Below, piece by piece: positions 1 to 10,588 of a stretch of 28,226 nt of DNA. Source of the stretch: a bacterium (GTDB lineage Bacteria > Muiribacteriota > UBA6191); NCBI GenBank assembly GCA_036339875.1, contig JAYZAC010000060.1, forward strand, positions 1 through 28,226, in the 5' to 3' direction. The notes beneath the pieces were generated by a model. That model was given only the letters and a program-made list of their open reading frames with translations. It was not told where the DNA came from and made no database searches. A program made the translations under genes and the position numbers. Positions within the stretch are counted from its first letter, which is position 1, and the number at the start of each line of letters is the position of its first letter.

Positions 1-2324
1 GAACTCTCATCTTCGTTTACCGAAATACTAAATTCATTCAAATTACCACCAGTGAATGCAGCTGCATTAACTCCAGTAACTTGCTCAGTTAAAGTGATCG
101 AAAAGGATTCATTTCTTTCAAGAGTCGTTATCGTATGCGCACTAACACCTGGAGTCTGCGCGAGAGTTACAACAAATGTCCCCGGGTCAAGCATTGTATT
201 TCGCTTCACATTATTAATTTGATCTAAAGCTCCACTGAACGATACGTCTACATGAGCCGTAGCGTTAGAGCCTAACAAAGTCTGCAAAACTCCGGAAGTA
301 ACAACCTTCGTGAAATTTGTTGCAGCAACAGCAGCGTTATCAAAAGCTGTAGCCGAACCAGATGCACCAAATTGAAAAACTGGATTGGTCACGTTTTCCG
401 AAAAAGTAACGGATAGTTTTGTATCAGTTCTACCAGGAAAAGCTGCCGAACTGAATCCACCTGGCCACGTATATGCTGCATCAGTTAAAGTATCCAACAC
501 TGCCGATGCTGTAACTGTTGGCGCCTGTGCCTCAAGTGCAATGAAGCCAAGCGTAATTGATGTTTCAATTGGAGCCAAAGTCTGTGAAATAGTATTAAAG
601 GCACTCAGTGTTATGATGAAGGTATCATTGGCAGTCAACGCACCATTAATAGTCAGCGTAGCTGTATGACCTGTGCCCGCAGCTGGAGTCGTGAGTGTGA
701 CACCTCCCACACTTACAGCACCCGCAGTGACCGCTTGTCCAGCACCCTGATGCAGGAAATTAGTAATCTCAAAGTCAGCAGTGTCAAGCGGTGAACCAGT
801 TTCAGTCTTCATATTTACAGCACTAAAATCATAGCTAGTGGAGTCTGAAATATTATCTTGATTACTATTGAAATAAAGTGGAATGTAAGTATCCTCGTCA
901 TTTTGATCGAAAGCCAACTCAGCAGCTCGATTTGCTGATGAAAAATCGAAGTCATGACCTAAAGCTTGAATTTGAAGTGTAGTAGTGTAGCTACCAACCA
1001 AGCCGTTACATGTCGATGAGTTGTTACATGTTTCTGTGACTGTTACGTCGAAGGTGTGAATCCCCACCAAACCCTCTACATCAGGTAAGGTTGCGTTAAA
1101 CGTTGCACTATTGCTATCGGTTGAAACCTGAGTAATAACAAGGTCAGATGTTGAGACATTAGAGACAGCAAAACTGACCGAAACATCTCCAGAAACGCTC
1201 GGCTCAGAGAAGCCCTGTACTCTTGATATAGTAAAGTTTTCATTGAAGCCGATTTCTACATTACGAGCAATCCCTGTATCAGGAGTTACACCCAGTGGTC
1301 TTGGCTTAATGGTTAGTGCGTATGACGCAGAGGTTGTCAACTGAGCATCAATTCTAGAAGTGACCGTAAGAGTATAAAAACCTGGAGTGATATTTGTATC
1401 TCCGGTGGGAACGGTCCCCGAGATTGTCAAAACATCTCCATTAGCCGAAGTCGTTAGAAAAGCCTCATTCAAGGATTGTGAACCATCTGACAAATTGACG
1501 CTAAATTCATAAGAGGGGTTAGTAGTTGGCAGATTTGCAAATTCTGCGGTAGTTGTAAAAGTATAGTTAACAGACTCACCCAAAGTAGTTGAAGTCAAGC
1601 TTGGACTGGATGCAGGAACTACAAAACCACTAGCGGTTGAAAAATTACTTGAGTTTGATGAATTGTACACTACGTGAGGTTGTTCCGGTAGGTAACTTAC
1701 AGTAGCTATAGAAGGAGGTGACCAGAATGGCGCCGTGTCTATCGTGGCCGCATCAAATCCTGAAACTATTTGACCCAAGGCCGCCTCGTCATCAACAACT
1801 CCCTGAAAAAACTGTGAATCAGATGAAAGCACCATTGTGAAGCCGACATACCAGAACCTATCGGTGGTGTTTGCAACGTTCGCAAAATTATCAATAAACG
1901 ATTTAGCCCCATATCCAACAGACTGTGAATTCTCGACAACATCATATTTGATAGAACTTAAGTCACCAGATGTAGGTGTTATCAAACTCCACTCAGTACC
2001 AGTTGCATTTTCTGCACAGCGATATAAAAAAAGGAATGCACGCTTGTCATTCGTACCACTCAAGTTAGCAATATTTCCGTCTTCGAATAATGCCTTCACA
2101 CCATCGAAAGAAATTGTAGCTTGGCCAGTACCTTTGGTAGCGGCAAAATTTGATATAGATGTTTGAATTGATGCACTGGGTATAATAGCTGCATTTCCAT
2201 CCGTTTTGCCAAAATTTTGTGCTGTACATCTTCCAGTAGTTGGCAGACCCGCAATGTTCATATTTGCCGTAACACTACAAACAAATGTTGCCATTAGGGT
2301 TGTTAGTAACAATACAAATCTCAT
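1..2324 (-). CDS. Large secreted Ser/Thr-rich Ig-like repeat surface protein (S-layer/adhesin-like), partial, continues past left edge
   Basis: Not in the ORF track; translated by hand. ATG at 2324 overlaps the upstream stop (ATGA) and has a GAAGGAGG RBS. The frame is open for 774 codons to the window edge. N-terminus MRFVLLLTTLMATFVCSVTA looks like a signal peptide. Beta-rich S/T/A/G/N composition with Ig-like motifs TISGTVPT...PGFYTLTVT and LSVTFSENVT. Confidence 0.85.
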   Translation of the reverse strand, partial: MRFVLLLTTLMATFVCSVTANMNIAGLPTTGRCTAQNFGKTDGNAAIIPSASIQTSISNFAATKGTGQATISFDGVKALFEDGNIANLSGTNDKRAFLFLYRCAENATGTEWSLITPTSGDLSSIKYDVVENSQSVGYGAKSFIDNFANVANTTDRFWYVGFTMVLSSDSQFFQGVVDDEAALGQIVSGFDAATIDTAPFWSPPSIATVSYLPEQPHVVYNSSNSSNFSTASGFVVPASSPSLTSTTLGESVNYTFTTTAEFANLPTTNPSYEFSVNLSDGSQSLNEAFLTTSANGDVLTISGTVPTGDTNITPGFYTLTVTSRIDAQLTTSASYALTIKPRPLGVTPDTGIARNVEIGFNENFTISRVQGFSEPSVSGDVSVSFAVSNVSTSDLVITQVSTDSNSATFNATLPDVEGLVGIHTFDVTVTETCNNSSTCNGLVGSYTTTLQIQALGHDFDFSSANRAAELAFDQNDEDTYIPLYFNSNQDNISDSTSYDFSAVNMKTETGSPLDTADFEITNFLHQGAGQAVTAGAVSVGGVTLTTPAAGTGHTATLTINGALTANDTFIITLSAFNTISQTLAPIETSITLGFIALEAQAPTVTASAVLDTLTDAAYTWPGGFSSAAFPGRTDTKLSVTFSENVTNPVFQFGASGSATAFDNAAVAATNFTKVVTSGVLQTLLGSNATAHVDVSFSGALDQINNVKRNTMLDPGTFVVTLAQTPGVSAHTITTLERNESFSITLTEQVTGVNAAAFTGGNLNEFSISVNEDES

Positions 2325-3319
2325 TTTTCCTCCTTCTGGAAAATGAAGTATATAAATGCGAGAACAATAAAACCTGCAATTAGGTATATTAATAAATCTG
2401 AATTTTTATTTTTCGGAGCTTCAGAAGATTCAGTCTCCTGCTGCTCTTTCGCTCCCTGGGTCGGGATTTTATCAATCGATTTCTGAGGTGTCACCAGTTT
2501 TTTTACGTTTTGGGCAGAACCTGCACTTGGTTTTTCATACTGCTCTTGTGTTGGAGTTTCTGACCCCACAGGTGCTAGACCCTTCTGTAAGCCAGATTGA
2601 GGTGCTTTGGCAAGAATGACCTCTGAGTTTTTGGGAGGCTTTCGACGTCCCTCCCACTTTTTAGAAACTCGTGCAACGGTCTCCGTTATACCATCATCGG
2701 TTAATAACGCAGGCGCCATTCGACCATCTGGTGTTGGTTGTGGCATGAACGGATTACTCACAGACGGATACTCAGCACTATAAAATGATTGAGAAGGAGT
2801 AAACGCAGGAAAAGCAGCAATGATTGATTCAGGAGCCTCACCCTTTACCCGAGTTACATTTGCCGGAGCTTGAATAATTTCAATTGTTTCGCCCGTGACG
2901 TTGACCGATACCCCAGTCTCTTCTGTTAATTGTGCCTTATTTCCCGGCCATGAGATGTAGGCCACCTTACCACCATTAAATACAAAACTTTCCTGTACTT
3001 TTACAAATGCTTTTACGAGTACGTGATATACGCCTGCTACCCCTGGATTCTCAATCAATAACTGCTCTGAAGTAACACCCATGGTGATTGGTCTGTATCC
3101 ACGGCTATCATTACAGATTGAGACAAGATAACCCTCTTGATCAGGTACAACTTCCCAACTAGCCAGAATACCATTGTCAGTAATTTGTAAACCTATCGAC
3201 TTCTGAAACTCTGGTGGACTAGGCGGATAGGGAGGAAATGGATCGATTTCGCAGGTAGCATAAAAACTCCCTACTAAAACTAACTGCGTCACTACGAACG
3301 TCAAAATATTGCGAATCAT
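2321..3319 (-). CDS. Exported protein with FN3-like domain, Pro/Gln/Glu-rich linker and C-terminal transmembrane anchor
   Basis: N-terminal hydrophobic signal. The pattern ASWEVVPDQEGYLVSI...GVYHVLVKAF resembles fibronectin type III. Low-complexity linker, then a TM segment LLIYLIAGFIVLAFIYFIF and a short charged tail. Confidence 0.7.
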   Translation of the reverse strand: MIRNILTFVVTQLVLVGSFYATCEIDPFPPYPPSPPEFQKSIGLQITDNGILASWEVVPDQEGYLVSICNDSRGYRPITMGVTSEQLLIENPGVAGVYHVLVKAFVKVQESFVFNGGKVAYISWPGNKAQLTEETGVSVNVTGETIEIIQAPANVTRVKGEAPESIIAAFPAFTPSQSFYSAEYPSVSNPFMPQPTPDGRMAPALLTDDGITETVARVSKKWEGRRKPPKNSEVILAKAPQSGLQKGLAPVGSETPTQEQYEKPSAGSAQNVKKLVTPQKSIDKIPTQGAKEQQETESSEAPKNKNSDLLIYLIAGFIVLAFIYFIFQKEEK

Positions 3320-3385
3320 GGTACGACCTTACTACGAACTATGCTGCACTAGTGGACTGTAAAATACCGTGCGAAATCGCGAGAG

Positions 3386-4030
3386 TCAATTACCAATTGA
3401 TGGACATCCCGGACAGGCAGGCGGAAATAGGTCACTAAGGTTAACATTTTGTGAGTTCATCTCTAAATCACTCAACATTAAAAACCAATATGCCTTGCCT
3501 GGATCGAGAGATGTCAGGCTATTCGAAGCCTCGGTAGGAGTAAAACTTGTCCAAGCGCCATCGTAGCCCCAGATTTTACGAATATCATTGATACTACCGC
3601 TGGAAAAATTAGCCTCCAACAAAAAATTATTCGAATCCAAAGGAACCGATTGCGAGGAACTCAAACCAATTAACTTCCAGCCACTTCCAGCGAGAAGAAG
3701 GCTGTAAGAATTGTACGCGTCAGACAAATTGGCTGACCGAGCAGAGTTCATGAGTACCCAATAACCTTTATTAGCCTCAAACTGCTCGAACCGTGAACTT
3801 CCAGAGTTATCTCCTCCGGGTACGTAAGACCGCCAACCTACGCTAGAATCATAATTCCAAATTTTAGTGACGTCATTTTGAGCACTTATGCCAATTGACG
3901 TTAGATACGTATCGACCGGCGCTGGAGAACTTAATATCGGTGAAAACAGATTCCAGCCACTAGAAAAATCGTACTGTACCGCTTGGGTCGGTACGCTGAA
4001 AAGTAGCAAAATAAATAAGGGCCTTAGCAT
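3386..4030 (-). CDS. Secreted protein with two tandem 'GWxL...KIWxYD...GY/AYW' beta-domains and a C-terminal CxxC
   Basis: Preferred start is ATG 4030 (AGGGAG RBS; signal peptide MLRPLFILLLFSVPTQA), not 4072. Two internal repeats: GWNLFS..KIWNYD..WRSYVP..KGYWVLM and GWKLIG..KIWGYD..WTSFTP..KAYWFLM. Ends PPACPGCPSIGN. Confidence 0.75.
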   Translation of the reverse strand: MLRPLFILLLFSVPTQAVQYDFSSGWNLFSPILSSPAPVDTYLTSIGISAQNDVTKIWNYDSSVGWRSYVPGGDNSGSSRFEQFEANKGYWVLMNSARSANLSDAYNSYSLLLAGSGWKLIGLSSSQSVPLDSNNFLLEANFSSGSINDIRKIWGYDGAWTSFTPTEASNSLTSLDPGKAYWFLMLSDLEMNSQNVNLSDLFPPACPGCPSIGN

Positions 4031-4131
4031 ATCGCTCCCTGAGTTTATGACTACACCTGCGTGGTGAATCAAAAAAATACACTCTCGTCCCAGACTTTAT
4101 AAACTTGTCTAGGATTGCTCCGCTAAGAATC

Positions 4132-4755
4132 TTAACAGATTTCTTCTAACTGTTTCAAAATCTCTAAACGTTTCTGACCAGAAAATAATTTACCTTCAAG
4201 AGCTTTTAGTTCACCAATTAAACTTACTCGACGCAATCGAACCTGCTGCAACTCCTTCTGCTCAACCTTTTCCTCTTTACGCCGAATTCTTATTTCTTCA
4301 GGTGTACGACCGTCTGTCAATAAAAACATCTGTTGTTTCAAACCAACAATTAATTCATCTTTTGCTTTAACCACATTCTTATGCGACTCAACCACTTCTT
4401 TCTGTGCGCTCTTATATTCATTTAATAGAACAGTTACGACACCATCCTCAGAAGCTTCCGCAACTTTTAGCTCCTCAAGCTTGTGATTGTCTTGTACTTT
4501 TTCATCCAAACCTTGAGGCTCCAATTCTTTCAGCAGTACAGATTTTATCTGTACTAAATTGGCCCCTTCCTCTTTGAGTTGTTTGACCCTATCAAAGAAC
4601 TTCAAAGCTGAATCTTCAAACAAAATAGAATTATTATCTCCCCGTATACTCCACTGACTCAGAAGATCTCGGCATTCACGTATACAACGACGAATAAAAG
4701 GCTCTTTTAGGCCTGTGAATTTACATATATCACTAACTGTATAAGAGTAATTCAT
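4132..4755 (-). CDS. MerR-like helix-turn-helix DNA-binding protein with C-terminal coiled coil
   Basis: Likely start ATG 4755 (GAGGTG RBS). YTVSDICKFTGLKEPFIRRCI...RGDNNSILF...LKFFDRVKQLKEEGANLVQIK matches the MerR/RacA-type winged HTH layout. C-terminus is E/K-rich and helical. Confidence 0.65.
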   Translation of the reverse strand: MNYSYTVSDICKFTGLKEPFIRRCIRECRDLLSQWSIRGDNNSILFEDSALKFFDRVKQLKEEGANLVQIKSVLLKELEPQGLDEKVQDNHKLEELKVAEASEDGVVTVLLNEYKSAQKEVVESHKNVVKAKDELIVGLKQQMFLLTDGRTPEEIRIRRKEEKVEQKELQQVRLRRVSLIGELKALEGKLFSGQKRLEILKQLEEIC

Positions 4756-4920
4756 ACAAAACACCTCGCAAAATAATACTTTTTGTATGACGAAGTCTAT
4801 CAAACACTATTAAATTAGAACAATATTATTTTTATAAAACTTTAATTATTAATGAACTGGAAGATTGAATCAGGAAAGAATATAATTTTATGTCATAAAT
4901 AATTTTAGCTTCGAAAGGTA

Positions 4921-5922
4921 ATGTTCATGGAAGGTTTGTTTGGTTTAATTCTTTTGGGTGCGGGAGCTTTGGTATTTGGCTTGGTAGTTTTCACTACCTT
5001 TATCCCCATTCCTCTATACTTGGAAGCAGCTGCATGTGGCGCCAGAATTAGCCTTTTAGATCTCTTCCTAATGAGATTTCGAGGAATACCTCCGTCAATC
5101 ATAGTCAAGGCAATGATCATGCTGACCAAAGCAAATGTTCCGGGAGCAGACAAGGCACAACTGGAAAATCATTTTCTTTCGGGTGGTAATGTTCAATTAG
5201 TAGTTGATGCTTTAATTAGCGCTTCAAAGGCCAATTTACCTCTAGATTTTAACACAGCAACGGCAATTGATCTTGCAGGACGTAATGTATTACAGGCCGT
5301 TCAGATGTGCGTTACACCGAAAGTTATCAAAACAGACTTGGTCGAAAATATGGCGAAAAATGGAATACAGGTAAAAGCTAGGGCACAAATAACAGTCAAA
5401 GCGAATATCCAAAAACTTGTTGGTGGAGCAGGTGAAGAAACAATTCTTGCTCGGGTTGGTGAAGGCATTTGTACTAGAATTGGGTCTTGTACTAACCATG
5501 CTGAAGTATTAGAAAATCCAGACAGTATCTCTGAGGCCGTGGAATCTAGAGATCTAGGCAAAGATACAGCCTTTGAAATTCTTTCAATAGATATAGCGGA
5601 TGTTGACGTTGGTAGAAATGTAGGGGCAGGATTACAAATTGAACAGGCCGAAGCCGATAAATCAATTGCTGAAGCAAAAGCCGCTCAAAGGGTTGCAAAC
5701 GCTCGTGCACTCAAAGAAGAAATGTTTGCAAAAGAGCAAGAGATGCGCGCCAAATTAGTAGAATCCGAAGCTATGATTCCGCAAGCCATTGGTCACGCAA
5801 TGCGTGCAGGTAATCTTGGAGTAATGGACTACTACAAACTCAAGAATGTTGAGGCTGATACAGATATGCGTAGCTCAATATCAAAGTTAGGTACTGATCT
5901 AGATCTGGATGGAAGTGCTTAA
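4921..5922 (+). CDS. floA: Flotillin-like protein FloA (YqfA/UPF0365)
   Basis: N-terminal TM plus characteristic motifs LENHFLSGGNV, AIDLAGRNVL, GGAGEETILARVGEGI, AFEILSIDIADVDVG and GNLGVMDYY. Confidence 0.93.
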   Translation: MFMEGLFGLILLGAGALVFGLVVFTTFIPIPLYLEAAACGARISLLDLFLMRFRGIPPSIIVKAMIMLTKANVPGADKAQLENHFLSGGNVQLVVDALISASKANLPLDFNTATAIDLAGRNVLQAVQMCVTPKVIKTDLVENMAKNGIQVKARAQITVKANIQKLVGGAGEETILARVGEGICTRIGSCTNHAEVLENPDSISEAVESRDLGKDTAFEILSIDIADVDVGRNVGAGLQIEQAEADKSIAEAKAAQRVANARALKEEMFAKEQEMRAKLVESEAMIPQAIGHAMRAGNLGVMDYYKLKNVEADTDMRSSISKLGTDLDLDGSA

Positions 5923-6158
5923 TGGAGCTAAATAAAAAGTTTTTGCGAGAGGTGGAGGAATTAATCGATATCGCCCATCAAGCGAGCTCCAAAGACTCGA
6001 CAACACGCAACCGACAAAAGGCTAGAACAAGTGGCGAGCTAGGCCGGCAAAAAAGTGTAAAAACGTCTCAAAATAAGAAATCAACCAAATCTAAAAGTCG
6101 TTTAAACAATATTCAAAAGGCCTTCATACTATCTGAAATTTTGCCTCGGAAATATTGA
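5922..6158 (+). CDS. Small basic protein coupled to floA (YqfB-like C-terminal motif)
   Basis: TAATG overlap with floA. C-terminal IQKAFILSEILPRKY resembles, from memory, the 'A-h-h-x-SEIL-x-x-K/P' motif of proteins encoded after floA. Confidence 0.65.
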   Translation: MELNKKFLREVEELIDIAHQASSKDSTTRNRQKARTSGELGRQKSVKTSQNKKSTKSKSRLNNIQKAFILSEILPRKY

Positions 6159-6168
6159 ATCACAGGTA

Positions 6169-6199
6169 GTTATCCGATGATCGGGAAGAATCGGATAAC
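6169..6199. terminator. Inverted repeat between convergent floA operon and dnaJ (probable terminator)
   Basis: GTTATCCGAT (6169-6178) and ATCGGATAAC (6190-6199) form a perfect 10-bp stem. There is no strong U-tract. Confidence 0.55.
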
Positions 6200-6207
6200 C
6201 GTGCTAC

Positions 6208-7335
6208 TCAATCAAACATATCTTTGACTTTGTCAGTTATTCTATCCAGCAAATCTTTCTCTTCCGGAATTTCTTCGCCAAGTGACTTCGCAAATTCAAT
6301 AAGTAATTCTTTGGATTTCATCGGTAACTTTTGTGGGGTAAATACTGTTACTGTTACCAATTGATCTCCTTTAGAGCCGGTATGAACATCAGGCACACCC
6401 TCTCCTCTAATACGGAAGATCTGTCCCCCTTGAGTTCCCGCGGGTATACTCAACTTCACACTTGAGGTTAAAGTCGGAATTTTAAGAGTACAACCCAATC
6501 CAGCCTGAGCAAAACTCAACTTTTGTTCTAGATGAATATTATTCCCGTCTCGCTCAAAAAATTCATGCTCACCAACCCTTATCAAGAGATATAAATCACC
6601 TTGGGGTCCACCATTAGCTCCAGCCTCTCCCTCTCGCTTCAGTTTAATTCGATAGCCGTCATCAACGCCCGGCGGGATAGTAACGGAAAGCTTATTAGAT
6701 TTTTTAATAGTCCCACGTCCATTACAAGTTTCGCATGGATTCTTTATAATCGTACCTACACCATTACAATTGTGACAGGTTGTAGCAATGCTTAAAATTC
6801 CTTGGCTTCGTTGTATTTGCCCTGCCCCACGGCAAACCGGACAGGTAACGATGTCACTCTCATTTCGAGCGCCCTTACCATTACAGTCTCCACAAATCTC
6901 TGTTCTAGGAACTGAGATATCCATCTTAGTACCAAACACCGCCTCCTTAAAAGAAAGCTCCATTTGATACTGAATATCGTTACCACGACGTGGACGGTTA
7001 CGACCTCTACCGCCTCCAAAACCAAAAATATCACCGAATCCGGAATCTCCAAAAATACCTTCGAATATGTCGCCCATATCAAAAGACTGATTGAAACCAC
7101 CAGAGCCACCTTGAAAGGCCGCATGACCAAATTGATCGTAAGCCGATCTTTTCTTCGGATCAGAAAGCACATCGTAAGCCTCTTGAACCTCTTTAAATTT
7201 CTTTTCTGCGCCGGAATCCCCAGGATTGCGATCAGGATGGTACTGCATTGCAAGTTTACGATAAGCCTTCTTAATATCTGGCTCAGCTGCTCCCTTGGCT
7301 ACACCCAGAGTGTTATAAAAATCTTCTTTACTCAT
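6208..7335 (-). CDS. dnaJ: Chaperone DnaJ
   Basis: J-domain with HPD, G/F-rich region, four CxxCxGxG zinc-finger motifs and the C-terminal domain. Confidence 0.98.
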   Translation of the reverse strand: MSKEDFYNTLGVAKGAAEPDIKKAYRKLAMQYHPDRNPGDSGAEKKFKEVQEAYDVLSDPKKRSAYDQFGHAAFQGGSGGFNQSFDMGDIFEGIFGDSGFGDIFGFGGGRGRNRPRRGNDIQYQMELSFKEAVFGTKMDISVPRTEICGDCNGKGARNESDIVTCPVCRGAGQIQRSQGILSIATTCHNCNGVGTIIKNPCETCNGRGTIKKSNKLSVTIPPGVDDGYRIKLKREGEAGANGGPQGDLYLLIRVGEHEFFERDGNNIHLEQKLSFAQAGLGCTLKIPTLTSSVKLSIPAGTQGGQIFRIRGEGVPDVHTGSKGDQLVTVTVFTPQKLPMKSKELLIEFAKSLGEEIPEEKDLLDRITDKVKDMFD

Positions 7336-7366
7336 CCTCTTGCCTCTTTAAATTCCGGTTAATTAA

Positions 7367-7394
7367 TAAGGGCAGGGAAATAACCCTGCCCTTA
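7367..7394 (-). terminator. Intra-operon hairpin between dnaK and dnaJ (terminator/mRNA stabiliser)
   Basis: TAAGGGCAGGG / CCCTGCCCTTA form an 11-bp stem a few bases after the dnaK stop, followed by AT-rich sequence. Confidence 0.75.
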
Positions 7395-7401
7395 AAAATA
7401 T

Positions 7402-9363
<1,962 letters not shown>

Positions 9364-9398
9364 TCAAAACAAACTAAAACTCTGTTTAGTCGTCCCTA

Positions 9399-10040
9399 CT
9401 ACTCCCCCACTTCTTCGTTGCTGGATTCCGAGGGTTCTTCAACCTCTGCGTCATTTTTCGCAACTTTAACCTTGGCTGGTCGCAGCACTTTTTCCTTAAA
9501 TTTATAACCTTTTTCAAATACCTGAATTACAGTTTGATCAGCAATATCATCTCTTTCTTCCTGAAAAACTGCCATGTGAAGGTTTGGATCAAAAGGCACA
9601 CTTTCATCATTAATTATCCCTAGCCCCTCGGACTTAAGAATTTCGTGAAACATCTTGTCAACCTTTTCCAAGCCTTCTCTGACTGATTCAATTGTATCTG
9701 CCGTTTTGTTGAACTCAACTCCCCGGGAAACAGTATCCAAAACTGGCAATAGTTTTTCGACAATACTGGAACTTGCAAATTTATGAAAATCTTCTTTCTC
9801 CCGAATAGTCCTCTTTCGAAAATTATCGTACTCTGCAGCTAGTCTTAGATGCTTTTCATTAGCCTGACTCAACTCAAGTTCTTTGTTTTCTAATTGAGTT
9901 TGAACATCTTCCTCTTCAATTGAATCTTCCTCCAACATATCAGGAGTGACCTCAACAGAAGTCACCTCAGATTCCTCAGTTTCTTCGACTTCTTCAGATT
10001 GTTCTTTGTTTTCTAAATCATCTTGAACTTCATTAGCCAT
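9399..10040 (-). CDS. grpE: Nucleotide exchange factor GrpE
   Basis: RLAAEYDNFRKR, LLPVLD, FDPNLHMAV and KGY...VLRPAKVKV motifs; directly upstream of dnaK. Confidence 0.97.
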   Translation of the reverse strand: MANEVQDDLENKEQSEEVEETEESEVTSVEVTPDMLEEDSIEEEDVQTQLENKELELSQANEKHLRLAAEYDNFRKRTIREKEDFHKFASSSIVEKLLPVLDTVSRGVEFNKTADTIESVREGLEKVDKMFHEILKSEGLGIINDESVPFDPNLHMAVFQEERDDIADQTVIQVFEKGYKFKEKVLRPAKVKVAKNDAEVEEPSESSNEEVGE

Positions 10041-10100
10041 AAAATAACCTTTTCAAATAGAGCATCCGAATACATCCGGATTTCATTACACTCTCTGTTA

Positions 10101-10117
10101 TGCAAACTAATTGCCAA
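10101..10117 (-). promoter_or_regulatory. Putative sigma54 (RpoN) -24/-12 promoter for grpE-dnaK-dnaJ
   Basis: Minus strand reads TTGGCAATTAGTTTGCA against consensus YTGGCACG-N4-TTGCW, with exact GG-N10-GC spacing, 60 bp upstream of the grpE start. Confidence 0.65.
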
Positions 10118-10162
10118 AATTTTATGACGATGTTTAAATCTTAGAACTTAATAGAATGCTCC

Positions 10163-10193
10163 CCAAAAGTCCTATTAACACTAGGAATTTTGG
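10163..10193. promoter_or_regulatory. Dyad-symmetry element, candidate activator (UAS) site upstream of the sigma54-type promoter
   Basis: CCAAAAGTCCTA-N7-TAGGAATTTTGG (11/12 complementary), centred about 90 bp upstream of the inferred transcription start. Confidence 0.4.
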
Positions 10194-10270
10194 ACTTTTT
10201 CATAATATTGATCAATGCATCACTTTATTTTTTGACTAATCTTGGGATTTAAAATTTGAAACATGGTTAC

Positions 10271-10301
10271 ATTTTGAAACTCGTCAAATTGAATAAGAAA
10301 A
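10271..10301 (+). repeat. Left copy of imperfect 31-bp direct repeat flanking the MBOAT cassette
   Basis: ATTTTGAAACTCGTCAAATTGAATAAGAAAA matches 13051-13081 at 25/31 without gaps; all six mismatches are transitions. Confidence 0.45.
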
Positions 10302-10588
10302 AATTTGTAGCGAAATTTGCTCTAACTAAAAATTGAATATTTGATTAGTATAAAATCACTCCGTCATAATCGATTCATTGCGGCTCAGAATAACGAAAGG
10401 TAAAATTCCTAACTAAAACTTCGATTTGAAACTGTTCTATAAATAACAAAACTCCGAAGGAATAGAATTGAACGCCGTTAAATTACAGTCATACAATCTT
10501 GAGACTCAATTATTATACAAAGCAACTTTTAATTAATGATAAATTTGAAAGCCATATCCCAGTAAATATAGATAATTAACAACAACTA

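Noticed and set aside
385..2166. Plus-strand ORFs 385-669 and 1837-2166
   Set aside because: Antisense shadows of the long minus-strand surface-protein ORF, which has an RBS, a signal peptide and translational coupling.
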